From NCBI GenBank assembly GCA_043800755.1, contig JAZDMQ010000122.1:1-14883 (forward strand): DNA of 14,883 nucleotides. Reading direction: 5' to 3'. Each line of letters opens with the position of its first letter. Within the stretch, counting starts at the first letter, position 1. Positions 1 to 5,023 of the stretch are shown here, in pieces. Position numbers and translations under genes: made by a program. Source of the DNA: a bacterium (lineage in GTDB: Bacteria; Methylomirabilota; Methylomirabilia; CAVQYV01). A model generated the notes under the pieces. That model ran no database searches, was not told the DNA's origin, and saw nothing but the letters and a program-made list of their open reading frames with translations.

Positions 1-14
1 TACGATGAAAGGGC

Positions 15-42
15 TTGACAACGCCTTTCTTGTTTCCATAAT
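15..42 (+). promoter_or_regulatory. sigma70-type promoter of NYN cassette copy 1 (TTGACA-N16-CATAAT)
   Basis: TTGACA at 15-20 and CATAAT at 37-42. Spacing and position relative to the hairpin and NYN start match the perfect-consensus copy at 4260-4287. Confidence 0.7.
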
Positions 43-48
43 TAGAAT

Positions 49-103
49 CGAATTTGCTCCCCGTCCGATACGCCGCAAGGCCCGGGCGGGGTTATCTTTT
101 TTT
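49..103 (+). ncRNA. putative structured leader/small RNA with terminator-like U-tract, copy 1 (5' end approximate)
   Basis: Stem CCCCGTCCG (59-67) pairs with CGGGCGGGG (83-91) and encloses hairpin GCC-GCAA-GGC (72-81, GNRA loop). It is followed by TTATCTTTTTTT (92-103). Homologous to 4294-4360. Confidence 0.55.
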
Positions 104-114
104 GGGGGGTCATC

Positions 115-405
115 ATGCCTGCTGATCCCCTGATCAAACGCAGGGTTTCCTTCGTCGACGGTCAGAACCTGTACCACTCCGCCCGTGAGTCCTTCGGCTA
201 TACCTACCCCAACTACGACATCGTTGCCCTGTCTCGCGCCATCCGTCGGGAAAGGGACTACCGCAACCGCATCGGGAAACTGTTAGATGGCACCGAACGG
301 AATCTTGTGCTCCCCAATCCAATAATGAATCGCTTGCCCTCCATTGCAGGAAAGGGGAGAGGGACTCATATCCTACTCGCCCAGACGAAAAATGATACAG
401 ACTGA
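115..405 (+). pseudogene. NYN-domain nuclease remnant, paralog of 4373-5023
   Basis: 31 of the first 43 residues match the intact NYN (FVDGQNLYH, RESFGYTYPNYD). An in-frame loss of ~45 codons follows (Y49 aligns to Y94; YRNRIGKLLDGTE vs YRNRLVKLPDGTE). Homology ends near nt 309, before the EKGVD and SQDQD catalytic motifs. Confidence 0.9.
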
Positions 406-416
406 AATGCACAAAA

Positions 417-430
417 CGCTTCATGAAGCG
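417..430. repeat. perfect 14-bp palindrome CGCTTCATGAAGCG
   Basis: Read directly from the sequence; function unknown. Confidence 0.6.
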
Positions 431-561
431 ATTTCGAACGCAGACGAAACACAGAATCGTTTCAAGGAAAGCATTTCCATTGATTTGCAGTAAGGCGCCG
501 CCCTATTGGGTTTCATTCAGAGAAGCCAGAAAGATCGAGGTTCTGCGGCGCCATAAGGTAG

Positions 562-697
562 GACATGTCGCCACTGATGGCACATCCAGATAATATGTCG
601 AAACTATCCACGAACATCGACATATCATTGCGACATGTCGATGATTTCGACCTATTGAGGGGAACATGTCCAAATTGCATCCTTCTTTGGACATATC
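562..697. repeat. two tandem ~70-bp units of ATGTC/GACAT half-sites, each containing an ATGTC-N19-GACAT inverted repeat
   Basis: GACATGTC-like motifs start at 562, 592, 619 and at 632, 663, 690 (spacings 30/27 and 31/27). Inverted repeats: ATATGTCGA 593-601 / TCGACATAT 617-625, and ATGTCCAAA 666-674 / TTTGGACAT 686-694. Confidence 0.65.
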
Positions 698-890
698 GCT
701 TCGAGATGGTGGCGGCTTGTAGGAATTCGGTGGAGCTCGACCACGGTAGCTAACAAATCAATTGTTCCCGTCGGGCAAATTGAGGAACGTTCTTATGATC
801 GAGATAGGTCGATCTATCGATGATTGCACCTTGATTCCAGGCGTGCATTTCCTATACCTCCCCAAACGTTTCCTGATGGCTTTGAAGAAT

Positions 891-898
891 TAAGGAGG
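891..898 (+). promoter_or_regulatory. ribosome-binding site TAAGGAGG
   Basis: Consensus Shine-Dalgarno sequence 5 nt upstream of ATG 904. Confidence 0.85.
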
Positions 899-903
899 CT
901 CTC

Positions 904-3828
904 ATGGGTGTCTTCAGCGGATGTAAACCACGCAAGGAGGTTCTCAAAGGGGATTTGAGCGATGCCATCTTTGCCGCCGATTTCGGAGACCTGATCTCAG
1001 GCAAGGCTCCAGCTGTCTATGGAGACGCCGAGACCTTCTTCCAGAACACCCATCCAGCGAAGCAACTCTGCAAAATCGTGGAGACAGTATTCGACCGCCT
1101 TGCAGATCCGAAGGAGGGAGGGGCGACCATTCGCCTGAGCACGGGTTTTGGAGGGGGAAAGACCCACACTCTCATGGCGCTTTGGCACCTCGCTCAGCAT
1201 ATCGACGACCCCGCCCTCGGAATCGACCTCTTGCCCGCCGCGGGCCGGCCTAAGAAAGTGACGGTTGCGGCAATCGATCTGGGCAAAGCAGGCGTCCCCA
1301 TCTTTGCTCGCCACGGAAAGCTCGAAATCCGAAGCCTCTGGGGAGAACTGGCGTTTCTGCTCGGGGGAGAGAAAGGACTCAGAACACTCGGCGATGCGGA
1401 CGACGCAGAGCGACAACCCGACGAAACTTTGCTGGAACGCCTTTTCCCCACCGGGCCAGTTCTTCTCCTCTTGGATGAGATCGTCGTTTACATGGCCACG
1501 CTGTCGGAGCGAGGCCAGGGGAACCTCCTTGCCTTCCTGAATAAGCTCTCTTCCCTGGTGGGAAAACGGCGCCATACCGTCCTCGTGGTGACAGATCCTG
1601 CCGATCAGAGGGCTTACGCCAAAGAGGCCATGAAAGTGGGCGACAGCCTTGCGGCGGCGGCCGTGAAACTGGATGATCTATTCGGCCGCAGAATGACCGA
1701 CTTCGATCCCATTGGCGAGGAGTCTGCACGGGTAATCATCCGCCGCCTCTTCCAGCAGGTGAATTCGGCTTCGGCTCAGGCGGCCTCCGCCTCGTATCAT
1801 GCCCTTTATGAACGGGTGATGCGGGAATGCCCGGGCTCACTTCCGCCCGCGGCTGCCACTTCAGAGTATGCCCGGAGGATCGTGGAATGCTATCCCTTTC
1901 ATCCCCGGCTCCTCGACACGGCCCAGGGACGATTGGGGGCACTCCAGGAGTTCCACAAGAGCAGGGGGACCCTTCGCCTCTTCGCCCGGATCCTGAGGAC
2001 GGTTTGGGAGGCCAAAAGAGATCTCGAGATCATCACTGCCGGCGATATGGACTGGTCGAGCGACCGCATCCAGGCAGATCTGCTTCAGCGGCTCAGCCGG
2101 GATAATTTCAAAGCGGTCGTCATGGCTGACATCGAAAAGCACGCCGCAGAACTGGATGGAGGGGTGCCGCGTGGAATTCACGTGCGGGTTGCCTCCGCTC
2201 TCCTCCTGGAGAGCATTCCCATGCAGTCCAACAGCGGCCTCGATCCTGCAGAATTGGCCCTGGCCGTTCTTCGTCCAGAGGACGCAGGACCTGAGCCGGC
2301 GGAGGCTCTGGATCGTCTGGCAGGGGTTTGCTGGCATACCTATCCCATGCCCGGAGGCCGGGGCTGGCAATTTCGCTACGAACCCAACATCGTCAAACAG
2401 ATCGAAGAACGGATGGGGCAGGTTCCGATCGAGGATGCCAAGAGCCGCGTCCTCGCCGAGGCCCAGGGCTATTTCTCGGGACCCGCTTTCAAACTCGTTT
2501 CCTGGCCGGCGTACACCAAGCAGGTCCCTGAATCCGCCGAACTTCAGCTCGTTCTGTGTGAAAACGAAGGAATTGCCAAGGCTGTATGCGCCTACGCAGA
2601 CGATACCAACCCCAAGGCGCCCATCCCGAGGCGTTTTCAGAATGCCATCCTTGCCGTGACCGCCACCAGTGAGGCCTTCAATAAAGCGATGGACCGTGCC
2701 CAGCGCTTGCTTGCTGCGGAGGCGATCGAGCGGGAACACCGGACAGGCGAGGCCAACAAGCTCGTTCGAGAACAGCTGCAGCGAATCAAGCCAGAACTGG
2801 TGAAGCAGTTTCGGGTCGAGACCTGTCGCACTTTCGTTCGCATCGTGCTATCAGGCGGGATCTCTTATACCCTGGAGGAGCAGTTTCAGGTCTCTGAAGA
2901 GCAGATGCTGCAACGTCCTCATGGTCAATCCTCGATCAGGCGGTTCCTCGAAAGCAAGGGGTTGATCTATCTGCAAGGGGATGCGCTCGATGTCGGTCGC
3001 TTCTTGAAGGATGTCCTTCCAGGAACCACGCCCATCGTTGACCTGCCCGAGGTGTATACGGCAAAGGCCGTGCACGAACGCTTCCTGGGGGCACCCGGGC
3101 TTCGCCTGATTCCGGATGGAGGGGTGGTCCGGGAGACCCTTCTTAAGGCGGTGGCTGAAGGGAAGATCCTGGTTCGGCTCTCGGATGGGCGAACCTTTGA
3201 TGCAGGAGGATGCATCGAGGGGCCGGAGGGGAAAAGGCGCCGCGTCGGGAGCACACTGACCACCTTGACACTCGATGATTCGGTGCATATCACACGCCCT
3301 GGGTCGAGTTACGGGGTTCTCTGGGTAAAGGAAGACCCGGCGGAGTATGGCGGGGAAAAGGGAAAGAATGGCGGAATAACCCCTCCGCCTCCCCCTGCCG
3401 CCTCCCGGATGACGGCTACAAACTGGGAAAAGATACTTGAGCTTTCGGCAGATCGTCCCCTCTTGGAGTTCCACCTCATTGCGGCCAACCCCGCCTCCGC
3501 CGCCTCCCTTTTGCCTCTCGTTCAGCCCCTCGGGGCAGAGACGCTCAAGCTCTCGGTCGCCGTCAGTGGGAATTTGAAGGAAGGGGGGACGATCAACTTT
3601 GCCGCCAATGAGGTCAAGGTGACCCATCCGACCAAGCCCCTGGCTATCGCCCAGACCCTGTTCACCGCCCTGGGAGAAAACGCCGCCTTTGAGGCGGAGC
3701 TGGCCCTCGATTTTGGAGAGGCGGGCCGGAGGGAAATGGAAGAGCATCTGCGGCGAATTGCCTCCGACGCTCCGGAAGGGGTATCGCCGCGGGCCACTTT
3801 CGGCAGACCCACTGGAGCCCGAGAATGA
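904..3828 (+). CDS. DUF499-family AAA+ ATPase (BrxC/PglY-related), 974 aa
   Basis: Walker A GFGGGKTHT, Walker B LLLLDE, and family-typical YPFHP and RGTLRL motifs. N-terminal FAADFGD..FFQNTHP; Pro-rich linker before a C-terminal domain; strong RBS. Confidence 0.9.
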   Translation: MGVFSGCKPRKEVLKGDLSDAIFAADFGDLISGKAPAVYGDAETFFQNTHPAKQLCKIVETVFDRLADPKEGGATIRLSTGFGGGKTHTLMALWHLAQHIDDPALGIDLLPAAGRPKKVTVAAIDLGKAGVPIFARHGKLEIRSLWGELAFLLGGEKGLRTLGDADDAERQPDETLLERLFPTGPVLLLLDEIVVYMATLSERGQGNLLAFLNKLSSLVGKRRHTVLVVTDPADQRAYAKEAMKVGDSLAAAAVKLDDLFGRRMTDFDPIGEESARVIIRRLFQQVNSASAQAASASYHALYERVMRECPGSLPPAAATSEYARRIVECYPFHPRLLDTAQGRLGALQEFHKSRGTLRLFARILRTVWEAKRDLEIITAGDMDWSSDRIQADLLQRLSRDNFKAVVMADIEKHAAELDGGVPRGIHVRVASALLLESIPMQSNSGLDPAELALAVLRPEDAGPEPAEALDRLAGVCWHTYPMPGGRGWQFRYEPNIVKQIEERMGQVPIEDAKSRVLAEAQGYFSGPAFKLVSWPAYTKQVPESAELQLVLCENEGIAKAVCAYADDTNPKAPIPRRFQNAILAVTATSEAFNKAMDRAQRLLAAEAIEREHRTGEANKLVREQLQRIKPELVKQFRVETCRTFVRIVLSGGISYTLEEQFQVSEEQMLQRPHGQSSIRRFLESKGLIYLQGDALDVGRFLKDVLPGTTPIVDLPEVYTAKAVHERFLGAPGLRLIPDGGVVRETLLKAVAEGKILVRLSDGRTFDAGGCIEGPEGKRRRVGSTLTTLTLDDSVHITRPGSSYGVLWVKEDPAEYGGEKGKNGGITPPPPPAASRMTATNWEKILELSADRPLLEFHLIAANPASAASLLPLVQPLGAETLKLSVAVSGNLKEGGTINFAANEVKVTHPTKPLAIAQTLFTALGENAAFEAELALDFGEAGRREMEEHLRRIASDAPEGVSPRATFGRPTGARE

Positions 3829-4253
3829 ACATCCGTCAGGCCTCCTTTGCCCTTCGCGTGGTCCGACGCCGCACGGGCGATGCGGCCATTTTCTATCGCC
3901 GGCGCCTAACGGCCAGAGGAGGGGAGCGGCTGGATCGCATTGCACCCATCTCCCCCCTCACCTTCTCCGCCGGTGCGTCTCTTCTTCGGGCAGCGATTCG
4001 TCAAATGGGAGGCGCCTCGGCAAGGCTCACGACCGGTCCTTTTCATCCCCTCGATGAGGACTGGGGGGCTCGGGTAGGGTGTTACGCCCTGGTGGCCTCC
4101 GGCCTTCGCAGCCCCGAGCGCCTGCACCGGGCGGCCCTCCATCTCCAGCATGCAGACGGCGCCGAGGCGGCCTGGTGGCTCGGCCTGATGACCCGGCCGG
4201 GCGGCAAGCGCGCCATTCGAGCCTTGAGAATACTAACAGAGGCAGTCCAATGA
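3825..4253 (+). CDS. DUF3780-like small accessory protein, 142 aa
   Basis: ATGA overlap with the ATPase stop; lies between the DUF499 and DUF1156 genes. C-terminal EAAWWLGLMT...RAIRALR resembles the DUF3780 E-x-x-WWL-x-x-MT...ALR pattern as I recall it. The gene is likely real; the family call is tentative. Confidence 0.7.
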   Translation: MNIRQASFALRVVRRRTGDAAIFYRRRLTARGGERLDRIAPISPLTFSAGASLLRAAIRQMGGASARLTTGPFHPLDEDWGARVGCYALVASGLRSPERLHRAALHLQHADGAEAAWWLGLMTRPGGKRAIRALRILTEAVQ

Positions 4254-4372
4254 AGGGACTTGACAACCCCTCTATGTCCGCTATAATAGCATCAGACTTG
4301 CTCCCCGTTCGACAAGCCCGAGGGCGACGAGCCCAAAGGCCTCGGACGGGGTTATTTTTTAGGGGGGCGTAA
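4250..4372 (+). CDS. possible 40-aa leader ORF (MKGLDNPSMSAII...RTGLFFRGA) spanning the promoter and RNA element
   Basis: Starts at an ATGA overlap with the upstream stop and ends TAA directly before the NYN ATG. Copy 1 has an equivalent open frame at 5-133 that also starts MKGLDN. Confidence 0.3.
   Translation: MKGLDNPSMSAIIASDLLPVRQARGRRAQRPRTGLFFRGA
4260..4287 (+). promoter_or_regulatory. internal consensus sigma70 promoter (TTGACA-N16-TATAAT)
   Basis: Perfect -35 at 4260-4265 and perfect -10 at 4282-4287, in intergenic DNA of a GC-rich locus; conserved in copy 1. Confidence 0.85.
4294..4360 (+). ncRNA. putative structured small/leader RNA upstream of NYN, copy 2 (three-way junction; 5' end approximate)
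   Basis: Stem CCCCGTTCGA (4303-4312) / TCGGACGGGG (4342-4351) encloses two hairpins, GCC-CGAG-GGC (4316-4325) and GCC-CAAA-GGC (4331-4340). Substitutions relative to copy 1 preserve pairing. Confidence 0.6.
4303..4360 (+). terminator. intrinsic terminator/attenuator-like structure between the promoter and the NYN gene
   Basis: GC-rich 10-bp stem followed immediately by TTATTTTTT (4352-4360). The branched loop is atypical for a simple terminator. Confidence 0.55.
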
Positions 4373-5023
4373 ATGCCTTCCGAGCCTTCCCTCAAGCGGA
4401 CGATTGCCTTTGTGGACGGACAGAATCTATATCACGCCGTCCGGGAATCCTTCGGCTACACCTACCCCAACTACGACGTTGTCGCTCTCTCTCAAGCCAT
4501 GTGCCGGAAGATGGGTTGGGAACTCATTCAAGTGCGCTTCTATACAGGAGTGCCGGATAAGAATGATGACCTGTTCTGGCACGCCTTCTGGGAAGCCAAA
4601 CTGCAAACCATGCGGTGGCAGAAGGTCCAGGTTTACTCACGGCCCCTACGATATCGAAACCGCCTAGTGAAGCTCCCCGACGGAACCGAGCATAGCTTTC
4701 TGGCGGGCGAGGAGAAGGGCGTCGATGTGCGCATCGCCCTGGACATCATCAGGATGGCCCACCGAAAGGAATGGGATGTGGCGCTGGTCTTCAGCCAAGA
4801 TCAGGACCTTTCCGAGGTGGCATCCGAGATCAGGACCATCGCCCAGGAACAGGGTCGCTGGATCAAGATGGCATGCGCCTTCCCGCTGAGCCCCACCACG
4901 CGCAACCGCCGCGGCATCGACCAGACGGATTGGATCATTATCGACCGCACCACCTATGATGCCTGTATCGACAGGCGCAACTACAGGCCGAGGCCCTCAG
5001 ATCCAGGAGACCGCAAGGCATGA
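4373..5023 (+). CDS. NYN-domain (LabA/DUF88-like PIN fold) ribonuclease, 216 aa
   Basis: Motifs FVDGQN (D15), VRFYTG, EKGVDV (D118) and FSQDQDL (D143/D145, an SGDxD equivalent). All acidic catalytic positions are intact; ATGA overlap with the methyltransferase start. Confidence 0.9.
   Translation: MPSEPSLKRTIAFVDGQNLYHAVRESFGYTYPNYDVVALSQAMCRKMGWELIQVRFYTGVPDKNDDLFWHAFWEAKLQTMRWQKVQVYSRPLRYRNRLVKLPDGTEHSFLAGEEKGVDVRIALDIIRMAHRKEWDVALVFSQDQDLSEVASEIRTIAQEQGRWIKMACAFPLSPTTRNRRGIDQTDWIIIDRTTYDACIDRRNYRPRPSDPGDRKA

Noticed and set aside
308-364. TGCTCCCC (308-315), echoing the RNA 5' arm, with GGGGAG (354-359) as a third RNA copy
   Set aside because: No promoter, inner GCC-N4-GGC hairpin or U-tract; the match is short enough to be chance.
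562-697. CRISPR array interpretation of the repeat/spacer pattern
   Set aside because: Repeats are only 8-10 bp, there are just two higher-order units, and no cas genes are in the window.
503-753. Short ORFs 503-694 (-) and 565-753 (+)
   Set aside because: No domain motifs; their Met/Asp/Cys pattern is a by-product of the GACATGTC repeats.
730-822. Several short imperfect inverted repeats (GTGG/CCAC, AACAA/TTGTT, GATAG/CTATC)
   Set aside because: Stems of 4-5 bp with no shared motif; not distinguishable from background.
831-858. TTGATT-N16-TATACC as the operon promoter
   Set aside because: The -10 lacks the conserved final T; too weak to call without transcript data.
3381-3396. C-rich run encoding PPPPP as a phase-variable tract
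   Set aside because: Interrupted codons (CCT CCG CCT CCC CCT) in an intact frame; an ordinary proline linker.
2851-3945. 364-aa minus-strand ORF, and other long antisense or alternate-frame ORFs (997-1575, 1861-2739, 6610-7146, 8616-9422, 8891-9487)
   Set aside because: They lie wholly or almost wholly over well-supported + strand genes and have no recognisable motifs; shadow ORFs are expected in GC-rich DNA.
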